Shown: positions 1 to 10,540, counted from the stretch's first letter. The stretch: DNA of 64,000 bases from Cyanobacteria bacterium HKST-UBA04 (GCA_020431915.1 JAGQHJ010000001.1:23044-87043); one strand, 5' to 3'. Notes: a model not told the origin generated them from the letters alone. A program made the numbers and translations.

Positions 1-203
1 ATAAAAATATAGCCGTTTTCCACCTCGATCATCGTCATCAGGCTGGCCCAGATGCCCACAAAACACATCCCAATCAGGATGGTCGCGTCCGGCCAGCCGG
101 TTGCCGAGCTAATCATGGCCACCACATTAAACACAGCGCTGAAAATGTTGAGGGAAACAAACAAGACCAGCAGCAAAATCAGGTTAAGAAAAAACCAGAA
201 CAT
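1..203 (-). CDS. Hypothetical membrane protein, partial (runs off the window start)
   Basis: Manual translation from ATG at 203 gives MFWFFLNLILLLVLFVSLNIFSAVFNVVAMISSATGWPDATILIGMCFVGIWASLMTMIEVENGYIF, with two hydrophobic segments and no stop before position 1. The true start may be further upstream. Confidence 0.45.
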   Translation of the reverse strand, partial: MFWFFLNLILLLVLFVSLNIFSAVFNVVAMISSATGWPDATILIGMCFVGIWASLMTMIEVENGYIF

Positions 204-427
204 AACGCGGATAACCTTTTTAACTCTAACGTCATCAAGGGGCAGGCGGTCGGCACGGCCGGAGGTTCTTATATTATTGTAACCTGCCTTTCCTATATCA
301 AACCGGCCTGCCAAATTCTGTGAACCCCTCCCAAGCCGCCCCGGCCTGCGGTAAACTAGTCCATTCAAGGCTTATAACCGCATATAACGTTTTTTAAACC
401 CCAACCCAACCCTCCAAGAATACCCCC

Positions 428-1570
428 ATGTTTGAATTTGAATGCCAAACCCGCCAAGGACAAGCCCGTGCCGGACGGCTGACCACCCCACACGGGGTGG
501 TTGAAACCCCCGTGTTTATGCCCGTCGGTACCCACTCCACCCTGAAGTCGATGACCATGGGCCACGTGGCGGAAGCCGGGGCCCAGATTATTTTGGGCAA
601 TGCCTACCACCTCTTTCTGCGGCCCGGCACCGACCTGATTGAGGCTGCCGGTGGCCTGCACGGGTGGTGCGGCTGGCAAAAACCCATCCTGACCGATTCG
701 GGGGGCTTCCAAATATTCAGCCTGGGCGAATTTCGGCAGATTACCGAGAACGGCGTCCAGTTCAAGGATCCAATAACCGGGGCCAAACACACCATCACAC
801 CGGAACGCTCCATGGCCATCCAGCGGGCGCTGGGGGCCGACATCATCATGGCTTTTGACGAGTGCCCGCCCTACCCCACCACCCATCAGTACGCCGAGCA
901 GTCGATGCACCTGACCCACCGATGGCTGGAGCGGTGCGTAGCCGCCCATACCAACACGGCCAAGCAGGCCCTGTTCAGTATCGTGCAGGGATCCGTCTAC
1001 GAGGATCTGCGCCAGCAATCCATCGCGTTTTGTCTTGAGATGGACACCCCCGGCTACGCCATTGGCGGCGTGAGTGTGGGGGAACCCAAACACCTGATTA
1101 ACCAGATTGTGGACCAGGTGGCCCCGCAGCTGCCCGAAGGCAAGCCGCGCTACCTGATGGGCATGGGCGAACCCATTGACGTGCTCGAAGGCATCCATCG
1201 CGGCGTGGACATGTTCGACTGCGTACACCCGACCCGCGTGGCCCGGCACGGATCGTTCTTTACCTTTGACGGGCGGCGCAACATCAAGAACGGCGAATTC
1301 CGCGACCGGTTCGAACCGTTGATGGAAGACTGCGATTGCTACACGTGCCAGCACCACCACACCGCCTACCTGCGGCACCTGATGCGCATCAAGGAGGCTA
1401 CGGGCGGCACCCTCTTGAGCATTCATAACGTGCGGTTCATGATCCGGCTGGCGGCCATGGCCCGAACGGCCATTCTGGAGAATCGCTGGACTTCGTTTTA
1501 TGATGAAATGAGCCAACGCCTGCAGGCTACCCCATTGGACCGTGAAGGGGAAGTGGTGGGGACACCCTAG
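428..1570 (+). CDS. tgt: Queuine tRNA-ribosyltransferase
   Basis: Motifs TPVFMPVGT, ILGNAYHL, LTDSGGFQIFSL, DIIMAFDECP, DMFDCVHPTR and the Zn site CDCYTC...H. Confidence 0.97.
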   Translation: MFEFECQTRQGQARAGRLTTPHGVVETPVFMPVGTHSTLKSMTMGHVAEAGAQIILGNAYHLFLRPGTDLIEAAGGLHGWCGWQKPILTDSGGFQIFSLGEFRQITENGVQFKDPITGAKHTITPERSMAIQRALGADIIMAFDECPPYPTTHQYAEQSMHLTHRWLERCVAAHTNTAKQALFSIVQGSVYEDLRQQSIAFCLEMDTPGYAIGGVSVGEPKHLINQIVDQVAPQLPEGKPRYLMGMGEPIDVLEGIHRGVDMFDCVHPTRVARHGSFFTFDGRRNIKNGEFRDRFEPLMEDCDCYTCQHHHTAYLRHLMRIKEATGGTLLSIHNVRFMIRLAAMARTAILENRWTSFYDEMSQRLQATPLDREGEVVGTP

Positions 1571-1610
1571 CACCACCACCTCAAACAGGAAACAATCGAA
1601 GCAAGAACAC

Positions 1611-1880
1611 ATGTCAAAATACCAGGGCCCCGAACGCCGCAGCAGCCAGAATGACCGCCGGAGCAAGACCCGCTCGGGCAAATTCGACCGGCGCAAAAAC
1701 CGTTGTGACCAGTGCCAGTTCTACAAGGCACAGACGGCCCTGAGCGGCACATGCCAGAAACACCAAACCATGATCCGTGCCGACGACTTTGCCTGTACCT
1801 TTTTTGCCCACCTCGGCGGCTTGAAACCATCGGGCAGTCGGCCCGAATCGTCTGCGGACGATTCGGCAGACACGCCCTAA
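1611..1880 (+). CDS. Small 4-Cys protein with N-terminal ERR/DRR repeats
   Basis: ATG at 1611, 40 nt after tgt. Sequence MSKYQGPERRSSQNDRRSKTRSGKFDRRKNRCDQCQFY...GTCQKH...FACTFF gives CxxC-x12-C-x13-C. Confidence 0.6.
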   Translation: MSKYQGPERRSSQNDRRSKTRSGKFDRRKNRCDQCQFYKAQTALSGTCQKHQTMIRADDFACTFFAHLGGLKPSGSRPESSADDSADTP

Positions 1881-1897
1881 CAAGCGGCTTACCTGAT

Positions 1898-1923
1898 CGA
1901 CATTAGCTTACCGACATTAGCTT
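1898..1923. repeat. Direct repeat CGACATTAGCTT x2 (14-nt period) overlapping the birA stop codon
   Basis: Copies at 1898-1909 and 1912-1923. Confidence 0.8.
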
Positions 1924-2612
1924 TTGGGCATTAGCCGCTGAGCATAAGCCCGCTCGACCTGGCCCAACTGCCCGGCCTTGACCAGGCTCTGCCAGAAACA
2001 GAGTTTGGCAATCAGGGTCTCGATTACCGTGTCCTTGTTGAGCCGGGCAAAGGCTGCAGGGGACAGCACCGATTCAAGCCCCACCGGTGTGTTGCCGTCG
2101 GGCACCTCGAAGTCGGGGTGCCGCCAATTGAGGCCTACCCCGGTAATGACCCACTGGAACTGGCCGGCCTTCACATCGGCTTCTACCAGGATGCCCCCCA
2201 GTTTTTTAACCCCCTGTGGGGTGTGCAGCATCACATCGTTAATGGGCTTGAGCACCGGCTGTACACCCGTAGCCAACTGCAGCGCCTCCACGCAGGCCAC
2301 TCCCGCCGCCTGGGTGTAGGCCGAGGTGAGCGCCAGCGGGTCGTCCACCGTGGCCTGCAAAACCAGCGACAAGAAAAGGCCTTCGGCCGGACTGACCCAA
2401 ACACGGCCACGGGTCCCCCGGCCAGCGGTCTGATGATCCGCCACCACAAAACCGGTGCCTTCAAACGCCCCTTGGGCCAACCGCCGTTTGGCTTCGTCCA
2501 TAGTGGAATCAACGGTATCAAGCCAGACACCCGGCGGCAGGGTTAATGCGGATTCACCATCCATGCGCCTCTTTAATCCTACTGGGTAATTGAATGAAGA
2601 CGTGTTGAACAA
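1917..2612 (-). CDS. birA: Biotin-[acetyl-CoA-carboxylase] ligase, monofunctional (no HTH)
   Basis: VDSTMD, ADHQTAGRGTRGRVWVSP, LKPIND, KKLGGILVE, GVGLN. Last gene of a biotin-carboxylase operon. Alternative start at ATG 2564. Confidence 0.9.
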   Translation of the reverse strand: MFNTSSFNYPVGLKRRMDGESALTLPPGVWLDTVDSTMDEAKRRLAQGAFEGTGFVVADHQTAGRGTRGRVWVSPAEGLFLSLVLQATVDDPLALTSAYTQAAGVACVEALQLATGVQPVLKPINDVMLHTPQGVKKLGGILVEADVKAGQFQWVITGVGLNWRHPDFEVPDGNTPVGLESVLSPAAFARLNKDTVIETLIAKLCFWQSLVKAGQLGQVERAYAQRLMPKS

Positions 2613-2636
2613 AAAAGATGCCGGTCATGGCGCCCT

Positions 2637-3593
2637 CTAGTTGGCGGCTTTGGCTTTTGTGGCCAGTATACGCTGCAAGCCTTTGCCCGGTAACGGCCGG
2701 CCCAGCGTGCGTTGGATAAAGTACGAGGCTTCGGCCAGCTTGTCCAAATCCACACCGGTTTCAATCCCCATGCGGCCCAGCATATACACTAGATCTTCCG
2801 TGGCCAGGTTGCCACTGGCTCCCGGTGCATAAGGGCATCCGCCCAAACCACCGGCCGAAGCGTCAAACGTGGTCACCCCCATTTCCAGGCCAGCCAGCAC
2901 GTTGGCCAGGGCCGTGCCATAGGTGTCGTGAAAGTGCAGGGACAATTGATCCAGGCCCACGCAACTCATCAGCACCCCAACCAGTTCGTACACGTCCACC
3001 GGGGCAGCCGCCCCCACCGTGTCGCCGACACTCAACTCCTCAACCCCCAACTCCACCAGGCGGGTGGTTACATCCAGCACGGCCTGCCGGGAAATTTCGC
3101 CCTCATAGGGGCACACGAAGCATGTGGAAATGTAGCCGCGCACGGAAATGTTTTCCTGCAACGCGGCCGCAATGATGGGCTTGAAGTTTTCCAGCGACGC
3201 CCCGATGGACATGTTCATGTTGTGCTGCACAAAGGTTTCCGAAGCAGCGGTAAACACGGCAATATGACGAACCCCACTGGCCACGGCCCGTTCAAACCCC
3301 TTCATGTTGGGCACCAGTGCCGAATAGGCCACGCCGGCCTGTTGGGGCAGGTTGGCAAAAATCTCTTCGGCATCGCCCAGCTGCGGCACCCATTTGGGTG
3401 ACACAAAAGAAGACGCCTCAATATGCTTCAGGCCCGCCTCGGCCAGTTTTTGAATAAACAGCAGCTTATGCGGCGTGGATACCGGTTCGGGTTCGTTCTG
3501 CAACCCGTCGCGCGGCCCCACCTCGACGACCCTGACCGTTTTGGGCAGCGTGGTTTCGACCAGCGATTCGCGCGGTTGGGAGTGACTCATCAT
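2637..3593 (-). CDS. hmgL: Hydroxymethylglutaryl-CoA lyase (LiuE-like)
   Basis: EVGPRDGLQNE, SFVSPKWVPQ, LHFHDTYG, GLGGCPYAPGASGNLATED. Confidence 0.95.
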   Translation of the reverse strand: MMSHSQPRESLVETTLPKTVRVVEVGPRDGLQNEPEPVSTPHKLLFIQKLAEAGLKHIEASSFVSPKWVPQLGDAEEIFANLPQQAGVAYSALVPNMKGFERAVASGVRHIAVFTAASETFVQHNMNMSIGASLENFKPIIAAALQENISVRGYISTCFVCPYEGEISRQAVLDVTTRLVELGVEELSVGDTVGAAAPVDVYELVGVLMSCVGLDQLSLHFHDTYGTALANVLAGLEMGVTTFDASAGGLGGCPYAPGASGNLATEDLVYMLGRMGIETGVDLDKLAEASYFIQRTLGRPLPGKGLQRILATKAKAAN

Positions 3594-3598
3594 CAGGT

Positions 3599-4180
3599 TC
3601 AGTCTGCCTCCACGGCATCAACAGCATCAACCGGGCTTAGTTTTACGAGCACCGCATTCATGTCCACCAGTTGTCCGGCCTGGCACAACACCGTCTCAAC
3701 AACAGCGTCGGCCGGGGCACTGAGGGTCAGCTCCATCTTCATGGATTCCATCACCACCAGCGCATCACCTTGGTTGACCGATTGGCCCGGCTTGCAGTGA
3801 CATTGTAACACCGTGCCGGGCATCGGCGCCACGACCTGCCCGGTATGGCTGGCCCCTGCCCCACTGGCGGTCGACCGCTTGGGGCCGGTTGACGAAAGCT
3901 CGTACACCCGCACCTGACCAGCGACAAACAAAAACAACTTGTCCTGACCATGGGGCAACGATTGCCGTGCCCACCAAAAAGGGTGTTGCTGGCCATCAAC
4001 CACCAGCAGGCCTTCGGCAGACTGACCGGGCAGGCAAACCTCAAACACCTCTTCTTGCCCGTATTCCACCCGCAACCGGTTGCCGTCAAGCTCGGTCTGC
4101 TGCCACTGAACCTCAATAACCTCAGCAACCTCGACAGCCGGGCCAGTGACCTGCAAGCGTTGGCTTAGTTGTTGCGCCAT
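3599..4180 (-). CDS. Methylcrotonyl-CoA carboxylase alpha C-terminal part (BT-like plus biotinyl carrier domain) as a separate gene
   Basis: APMPGTV...VVMESMKME biotinylation motif. ATG at 4180 is preceded by a strong SD (AGGAGGT) and overlaps the upstream stop. Confidence 0.85.
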   Translation of the reverse strand: MAQQLSQRLQVTGPAVEVAEVIEVQWQQTELDGNRLRVEYGQEEVFEVCLPGQSAEGLLVVDGQQHPFWWARQSLPHGQDKLFLFVAGQVRVYELSSTGPKRSTASGAGASHTGQVVAPMPGTVLQCHCKPGQSVNQGDALVVMESMKMELTLSAPADAVVETVLCQAGQLVDMNAVLVKLSPVDAVDAVEAD

Positions 4181-5706
4181 GGGCCCACCTCCTGCCAAAC
4201 CGTTGAAGCACCTGCCGAGGCGGGGCCTGCAACAGCCCCTATTCTGCTAGCTGAACTGGTCGCAAACTGCCGGCTCAGCACACCGGCCAGAACCGTTTCC
4301 CATGGCAGTCCATCACTTGCCGTCTGGTCGGCCAGCAGGTCGGTGGGTGGGTGCGTCGACAAGAAGCCAGTGTCAAACGTTCCGGCCACAAACTCGGGGT
4401 GACGCAAAATGGCCAGCAGCAAGGCATGGTTGGTTACCACCCCCAGCACGGGATACGTCTTGAGGGCTTCGGCCATGGCGTCAAGGGCCGCCTGCCGGGT
4501 CGCCCCGTAGGTAATAAGCTTGGCCAGCATCGGATCGTAATGCACCGTCACTTCATCACCGGCTTCCACCCCACTGTCGAGCCGGACATTGGGACCGGTT
4601 GGGGCCTGGTACACCAGCAACGGCCCTGTCGAGGGCATAAAGTTCTGGGCAGGATCTTCGGCATAAACCCGGCACTCAAGGGCATGACCGCGCTGGGTTA
4701 TCGCGTCCTGACTCAGGGGAAGCGCCTCGCCGCGCGCCACCCGAACCTGCCATTCAACCAGATCTTGCCCCGTGACCAGCTCGGTAACCGGGTGCTCCAC
4801 CTGCAGGCGGGTGTTCATTTCCAGAAAATAAAACCCGCCATCCTGGCCCACAATAAACTCGACGGTTCCGGCGTTGGTATACCCCACGGCCGAAGCTGCC
4901 GCCACAGCCGCCTGAGCCATGGCCTGGCGCAGGGTCGCATCGAGTTTGGGCGAAGGCGATTCCTCGATAATTTTTTGGTGCCGGCGCTGGATAGAACAAT
5001 CGCGCTCGAACAGGTGCACCACGTTGCCATGCGTATCACCAAACACCTGGAACTCGATGTGCCGTGGGCCAACAATAAATTTTTCGACAAAGACCCGTGC
5101 ATCACCAAAGGCTTTTTGGGCCTCGCGACTGGCGGCAGCCAGTCCGGCTGCCAAATCGTCGATGGATTCAATCAGGCGCATACCCTTGCCCCCACCGCCT
5201 GCTGCCGCCTTGACGAGGACCGGCAACCCCAGATCTACCACGGCCTTTTGGGCCGCCTTTAAATCCGACACGTCTCCCTGCCAACTGGGAACCACCGGCA
5301 CCCCGGCCGCTTGCATCAGCTGCTTGCTTAGCAGCTTGTCGCCCATCTGTTCGATAACCGTGGGCGTGGGGCCAATAAAGGTAACCCCTGCCGATTGACA
5401 GGCCCGGGCAAAAGCGGCATTCTCCGACAAAAAGCCATAACCGGGGTGGATGGCATCGCACCCACTGGCTTGGGCAATGGCCAAAAGCTTGTCGATGTTC
5501 AGGTACGTGTCGGCCGGTGCCTGGCCACCAAGAGCGTGTGCCTCGTCGGCATGGCGCACATGGCATGCCTGGGCATCGGCATCGCTGTATACCGCCACCG
5601 TGGCAATGCCCATGGCCCGCAGGGTTTTAATCACGCGCACGGCAATTTCGCCGCGGTTGGCCATCAGTACTTTTTGTATCGGCGAGGTGGTTTTTTTCTT
5701 GCCCAT
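4165..5706 (-). CDS. Biotin carboxylase subunit (methylcrotonyl-CoA carboxylase alpha, N-terminal part; LiuD-like)
   Basis: KVLMANRGEIAVR, HPGYGFLSEN, KAAAGGGGKGMR, ERDCSIQRRHQK, EMNTRLQVEHPVTE, YDPMLAKL. No biotinyl domain in this ORF. Confidence 0.93.
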   Translation of the reverse strand: MGKKKTTSPIQKVLMANRGEIAVRVIKTLRAMGIATVAVYSDADAQACHVRHADEAHALGGQAPADTYLNIDKLLAIAQASGCDAIHPGYGFLSENAAFARACQSAGVTFIGPTPTVIEQMGDKLLSKQLMQAAGVPVVPSWQGDVSDLKAAQKAVVDLGLPVLVKAAAGGGGKGMRLIESIDDLAAGLAAASREAQKAFGDARVFVEKFIVGPRHIEFQVFGDTHGNVVHLFERDCSIQRRHQKIIEESPSPKLDATLRQAMAQAAVAAASAVGYTNAGTVEFIVGQDGGFYFLEMNTRLQVEHPVTELVTGQDLVEWQVRVARGEALPLSQDAITQRGHALECRVYAEDPAQNFMPSTGPLLVYQAPTGPNVRLDSGVEAGDEVTVHYDPMLAKLITYGATRQAALDAMAEALKTYPVLGVVTNHALLLAILRHPEFVAGTFDTGFLSTHPPTDLLADQTASDGLPWETVLAGVLSRQFATSSASRIGAVAGPASAGASTVWQEVGPWRNN

Positions 5707-5707
5707 A

Positions 5708-6490
5708 TCATTTCATCCACGCCGGTGTTCGCTTGCCAAGAAAGGCTTGCATGCCCTCCTGCCCCTCTTCGCTGACCCGCCGCTCGGCAATGCGGCGGGT
5801 GGTCAGGTATAGGGCCGAATCAAAATCGAGGCCGTCCACATCGGCAATAAGCTGCTTGCACTCGCGCAGGGCCACAGGGGCATTGGCCACCAACAGGTCA
5901 ACCCACGCCTGCACCTGCGCGTCAAGCGCCGGTTCGTCTTGCACCACGGCATGGATTAACCCAAGCTCAAGGGCCTCGGGAGCCTTAAAACGCTCGGCCG
6001 TCAAGAAATAGCGCCGGGCCGCCGAAGCCGTCATGCGGCGCATGACAAAGGGAGAAATAACCGCCGGCAACAACCCCAGCTTAACCTCGCTCAGGCAAAA
6101 CGATGCCCGTTCGACGGCCACAACCATGTCGCACACACTGATCAGCCCCACGCCACCACCGAAGGCGGCCCCATGCACCCGGCCAATAATAGGCTTGGGA
6201 CATGTGTTAATGGTGCGCAGCATGGCAAACAGGCGCTTGGCGTCTTCCACGTTTTCGTCAAAGGTGTAGTCGAGCATCGACGACATCCAGTGCAGGTCGG
6301 CCCCGGCACAAAACGACTGGCCTTCGCTGCGCAACACAATAACGCGCGTGGCCGGGTCTTGCCCCAGCTGGTAAAAGGTATTGTCGAGCTGATCGATCAT
6401 CGAATCGTTAAAGGCATTGTGTACGTCGGGCCGGTTTAACGACACGGTGGCCACGGGGCCGTCGGTCATGGTTTCAATAAAAGCGGTCAT
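5708..6490 (-). CDS. Enoyl-CoA hydratase family, probably methylglutaconyl-CoA hydratase (LiuC-like)
   Basis: LNRPDVHNAF, FCAGADL, AFGGGVGL, LSEVKLGLLPAVISP, plus operon context. Confidence 0.9.
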   Translation of the reverse strand: MTAFIETMTDGPVATVSLNRPDVHNAFNDSMIDQLDNTFYQLGQDPATRVIVLRSEGQSFCAGADLHWMSSMLDYTFDENVEDAKRLFAMLRTINTCPKPIIGRVHGAAFGGGVGLISVCDMVVAVERASFCLSEVKLGLLPAVISPFVMRRMTASAARRYFLTAERFKAPEALELGLIHAVVQDEPALDAQVQAWVDLLVANAPVALRECKQLIADVDGLDFDSALYLTTRRIAERRVSEEGQEGMQAFLGKRTPAWMK

Positions 6491-6502
6491 AAGCAGGCCA
6501 TC

Positions 6503-8125
6503 CTACATTCTGAAAACGCCATGCGTTTTTTCAAGTATGGGCGCGTTAAAAGACACGGCAATAGCCAGGCCCAACACGGTACGGGTATCGGCAGGGTCAA
6601 TAACACCGTCGTCCCAAAGGCGGGCCGTGCTGTAGTAGGCACTACCCTCGGTTTCGTACTTGTCGAGAATAGGCTGCTTGAAGGCGGCCGCCTCCTTGTC
6701 GCCCATCGGCTTTTCGCCCTTGGCCGTCCGCTGGTCCTGCTTGACGGTGAGCAGCACATTGGCCGCTTGTTCGCCGCCCATCACCGAAATCTTGGCATTG
6801 GGCCACATCCATAAAAACCGAGGATCATAGGCCCGGCCGCACATGCCGTAGTTGCCCGCCCCAAAGCTGCCGCCAATAATAACGGTAAACTTGGGCACGT
6901 TAGCGTTGCTAACGGCCTGCACCAGTTTGGCGCCATCCTTGGCAATACCGCCGGCCTCATAGTCGCGGCCCACCATAAACCCGGTAATGTTTTGTAGAAA
7001 CACCAACGGAATGGATCGCTGGCTGCACAGCTCAACAAAGTGGGCACCCTTCAGCGCGCTTTGGCTGAACAACACCCCGTTGTTGCCAATAATACCCACC
7101 AGTTGCCCATGGATTCGGGCAAAACCGCAAACAAGGGTTTGGCCGTACAGCGCCTTAAACTCCTGAAAACGGCTGCCGTCGACCACACGGGCAATCACCT
7201 CGCGCACATCGTAGGGAATACGGGTGTCGCTGGAGACCACGCCGTAAATTTCGCTGGGGTCGTAGGCGGGGGCTTCCGACGCAATGGTATCGTGCGTCGC
7301 CAGAGGTTTGGGATTGATGGTTTCCAGTATGTTTCGGGTAATGGCCAAGGCATCCTCGTCATGGTCGGCATAGTGATCGGTGACACCGGAGGTACGGCAA
7401 TGGGTGTCGGCCCCGCCCAGCTCCTCGGCACTGACTTCCTCGCCGGTAGCGGCCTTAACCAAGGGCGGACCACCCAGAAAAATGGTGCCCTGGTTTCGCA
7501 CAATAACCGATTCGTCGCTCATGGCCGGCACATACGCACCACCCGCCGTACAGCTCCCCAGTACCACGGCAATCTGCGGAATGCCTTCGGCCGACATCCG
7601 CGCCTGATTAAAAAAGATACGGCCAAAGTGGTCGCGATCCGGGAAAACTTCGTCCTGCATGGGCAAAAACGCCCCGCCGCTGTCAACAAGGTACACGCAG
7701 GGCAGGTGGTTCTGCCGGGCAATCTCCTGGGCCCGCAAGTGCTTTTTAACGGTAAGCGGAAAATACGTGCCACCCTTGACCGTGGCATCATTGGCCACCA
7801 CCATCACGTGGCGCCCATGCACACACCCAATACCGGCCACTACCCCGGCACTGGGCACCCCGGCAGGCGATTCGCTATCGTACATGCCCCAGGCCGCCAA
7901 CGGACTCAGCTCAAGAAACGGTGAGCCGGGATCGAGCAGCATGTCGATGCGATCACGGGCCATTAGTTTGCCGCGCTCGGTGTGTTTCTGGACGTACTTT
8001 TCACCACCCCCCTGCCTCACCAGGGCATGGCGATCCTTGAGCACGTCGACCAAAGCGGTCATGGCCGCTGCGTTGTCTTTAAAAGCCTGGCTCGTGGGAT
8101 CAATCGTACTCGACAGCACATCCAT
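6503..8125 (-). CDS. Methylcrotonyl-CoA carboxylase beta (carboxyltransferase) subunit (LiuB-like)
   Basis: [70 protein letters not shown]. Confidence 0.95.
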   Translation of the reverse strand: MDVLSSTIDPTSQAFKDNAAAMTALVDVLKDRHALVRQGGGEKYVQKHTERGKLMARDRIDMLLDPGSPFLELSPLAAWGMYDSESPAGVPSAGVVAGIGCVHGRHVMVVANDATVKGGTYFPLTVKKHLRAQEIARQNHLPCVYLVDSGGAFLPMQDEVFPDRDHFGRIFFNQARMSAEGIPQIAVVLGSCTAGGAYVPAMSDESVIVRNQGTIFLGGPPLVKAATGEEVSAEELGGADTHCRTSGVTDHYADHDEDALAITRNILETINPKPLATHDTIASEAPAYDPSEIYGVVSSDTRIPYDVREVIARVVDGSRFQEFKALYGQTLVCGFARIHGQLVGIIGNNGVLFSQSALKGAHFVELCSQRSIPLVFLQNITGFMVGRDYEAGGIAKDGAKLVQAVSNANVPKFTVIIGGSFGAGNYGMCGRAYDPRFLWMWPNAKISVMGGEQAANVLLTVKQDQRTAKGEKPMGDKEAAAFKQPILDKYETEGSAYYSTARLWDDGVIDPADTRTVLGLAIAVSFNAPILEKTHGVFRM

Positions 8126-8407
8126 TGGCAGGTGGGTCTCACTCTCTCGTCAAGACTCAAGACAAGGGCTAGTATAACAGGAACCGACCCCACCTTCCCT
8201 ACGGCAGTACACCGGCCAGTCAGGCCTCGGGAGCCTCTCTCTCTCCTTCCATAAACACCAAACCACCCGGCGCAGCGTCCCCTGTGTTTGTGGGTCGGGG
8301 AGCAAAGGCAAGGTGGTTTTGGTAATAAGGAGGGGTTTAGAAAGGAGAGGGGATCAAAGAAGAAACAAAAAGCATAGTCGCTATACTTTTAGCGGCTTCC
8401 TATCCCA

Positions 8408-10540
8408 TTAAACTAAAAACGGAATCAATAATAAAGCCACAATATTGAGGATTTTAATAACGGGGTTAATGGCAGGCCCAGCGGTGTCCTTGTAGGGATC
8501 GCCGACGGTATCGCCCGTCACTGCCGCTTGGTGGGCAAAGCTACCCTTGCCGCCAAAGTGGCCATCCTCGATGTATTTTTTGGCGTTGTCCCAGGCCCCG
8601 CCGCCGCTGGTCATCGAGACCGCCACGAAGATACCCGTAACGATACTGCCCACCAGCAGGCCGCCAATCAGCTTAACTGAAGCGAAGTCGTTGCCGCCAA
8701 GCAGTTTGCCGATAAGCAGCAACACAATCGGGGTAGCCACAGGCAACAGGGCCGGTACCATCATTTGACGCAGGGCGTTGACGGTAACGATATCCACGCA
8801 CGAGGCATAGTCGGGTTTTTCGGTCCCTTCCATAATACCGGGCTTTTCCTTGAACTGGCGGCGGACTTCCTCGACCACGCTGCCACCGGTATCGCCGACG
8901 GCCTGCATGGCCAGGGCGCCGAAGATGTAGGGAATCAGGCCCCCGATAAAGAGACCCACCAGGATAAACGGATCGGCCAAGGAAAACAGGCCGTTGATGT
9001 TGCCGAGGTTCTCGGTCATGAAATCAAACAGCTTGCCGCTACCGGTTTCAATAACGGCCGCCTTGAGGTCCTGGATGTAGGAAGCAAAGAGCACAATGGC
9101 AGCCAACGCAGCCGAACCAATGGCATAGCCCTTGGTGGTGGCTTTCGTGGTGTTTCCCACGGCATCCAGGTTATCGGTAATGGCGCGGATCTCGTCGCCC
9201 ATACCCGACATTTCGGCAATACCGCCGGCGTTGTCGGTAATAGGGCCAAAGCTGTCGAGGGCCACCACGATACCGGCCATACTCAACATGGCCACGGCGG
9301 CCATGGCCACGCCATACAGGCCACCAATCAGATACGACAACAGGATGCCGGCACTGATAACCACAACCGGGGCGGCACAGGCTTCCATCCCTACAGCCAG
9401 CCCCGCAATAATATTGGTGGCATGGCCGGTCTGCGATTGCTTGGCAATGCGCTTAACCGGTTCGAAGGCCGTGGACGTGTAGAAGTCGGTAATGACAAAC
9501 AACAGGGTGGTTACGGCCAAGCCAACCAGCGACGTGATGAACAGTTGCAGGGCACTGATGGACAGGCCGCCTTCGACGGCAAAGCCGGTTTTGTAAAAAC
9601 CGAAAATAACCAGGGCAATCAACACGGCCCCAATACCCATGGAGGCATAGAAGCCTTTGTACAGGGCTTTCATCGGTTTCATTTCGCCGCTGTCTTTTAC
9701 AAACAAGCCGCCAATGAGGGAGGCAATGATGGACACAGCCCCCAGGGCCAGCGGCAGGGTAACGGCAGCCGAATTGTCGGGAAAGAGCAGATGCCCGAGC
9801 AGCATGCCGGCAATAATGGTAACCAGGTAGGTTTCAAACAGGTCGGCAGCCATACCGGCACAGTCACCGACGTTATCGCCCACGTTGTCGGCAATAACGG
9901 CCGGGTTGCGCGGGTCGTCTTCGGGGATACCGGCTTCGACCTTCCCGACCAAATCCGCACCCACGTCGGCAGCCTTGGTATAAATACCACCGCCAAGACG
10001 GGCAAATACGCTAATGAGACTGGCGCCAAAAGCCAGGGCCACCATGGCCCCAAAGGCATCGTAATGCTCCACCAGCTTGTAGAACCCGGTAATACCCAGC
10101 AGGCCCAGGCCTACCACCAGCATGCCGGTAACCGACCCACCTTTAAAGGACACGTCGAGGGCTTTGTTCATGTTTTCCGTAGCCGCTTGGGCGGTACGCA
10201 CGTTGGCCTTGACCGACACAAACATGCCCACATAACCCGTCAAAGCGCTTAAGGACGCACCCAGTACGAAGCCGGTTGCCGTCAGCACCGCGTAGGTCAG
10301 GCTCGATGTAATGGCGTAAAACACACCAAACAACACCAGGGTAACCACCACTGCCGTAATGGCCACGGTGGTGTACTGGCGGTTCATGTACGCACGGGCG
10401 CCCTCTTCGATGGCCGCCGCGATTTCTTTCATCTTGTCGTTACCGGCATCCAGAGACAAAATCCACTGCCGGGTAAAAAAACCATAACCAATGGCCAAAA
10501 ATGCAGCCACCAAAGAAAATCCAATAATTGCCATATCCAT
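8408..10540 (-). CDS. hppA: Membrane-integral H+-translocating pyrophosphatase, K+-independent type
   Basis: [39 protein letters not shown] (Lys at the K+-dependence position), [14 protein letters not shown], and many TM segments. Confidence 0.96.
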   Translation of the reverse strand: MDMAIIGFSLVAAFLAIGYGFFTRQWILSLDAGNDKMKEIAAAIEEGARAYMNRQYTTVAITAVVVTLVLFGVFYAITSSLTYAVLTATGFVLGASLSALTGYVGMFVSVKANVRTAQAATENMNKALDVSFKGGSVTGMLVVGLGLLGITGFYKLVEHYDAFGAMVALAFGASLISVFARLGGGIYTKAADVGADLVGKVEAGIPEDDPRNPAVIADNVGDNVGDCAGMAADLFETYLVTIIAGMLLGHLLFPDNSAAVTLPLALGAVSIIASLIGGLFVKDSGEMKPMKALYKGFYASMGIGAVLIALVIFGFYKTGFAVEGGLSISALQLFITSLVGLAVTTLLFVITDFYTSTAFEPVKRIAKQSQTGHATNIIAGLAVGMEACAAPVVVISAGILLSYLIGGLYGVAMAAVAMLSMAGIVVALDSFGPITDNAGGIAEMSGMGDEIRAITDNLDAVGNTTKATTKGYAIGSAALAAIVLFASYIQDLKAAVIETGSGKLFDFMTENLGNINGLFSLADPFILVGLFIGGLIPYIFGALAMQAVGDTGGSVVEEVRRQFKEKPGIMEGTEKPDYASCVDIVTVNALRQMMVPALLPVATPIVLLLIGKLLGGNDFASVKLIGGLLVGSIVTGIFVAVSMTSGGGAWDNAKKYIEDGHFGGKGSFAHQAAVTGDTVGDPYKDTAGPAINPVIKILNIVALLLIPFLV

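Noticed and set aside
365-1696. Long antisense and alternative-frame ORFs (e.g. 365-1696, 4351-5262, 7040-7924, 8765-10252, 12932-14500, 27312-28598, 29525-30724, 39627-40979, 48136-49773, 53626-54768)
   Set aside because: Each shadows a well-supported gene on the opposite strand, as expected in GC-rich DNA, and shows no family motifs.
4165-4198. Possible frameshift or pseudogene splitting the MCC alpha subunit
   Set aside because: The downstream ORF has a strong SD and an overlapping start, and both halves are intact, so a natural split is more likely.
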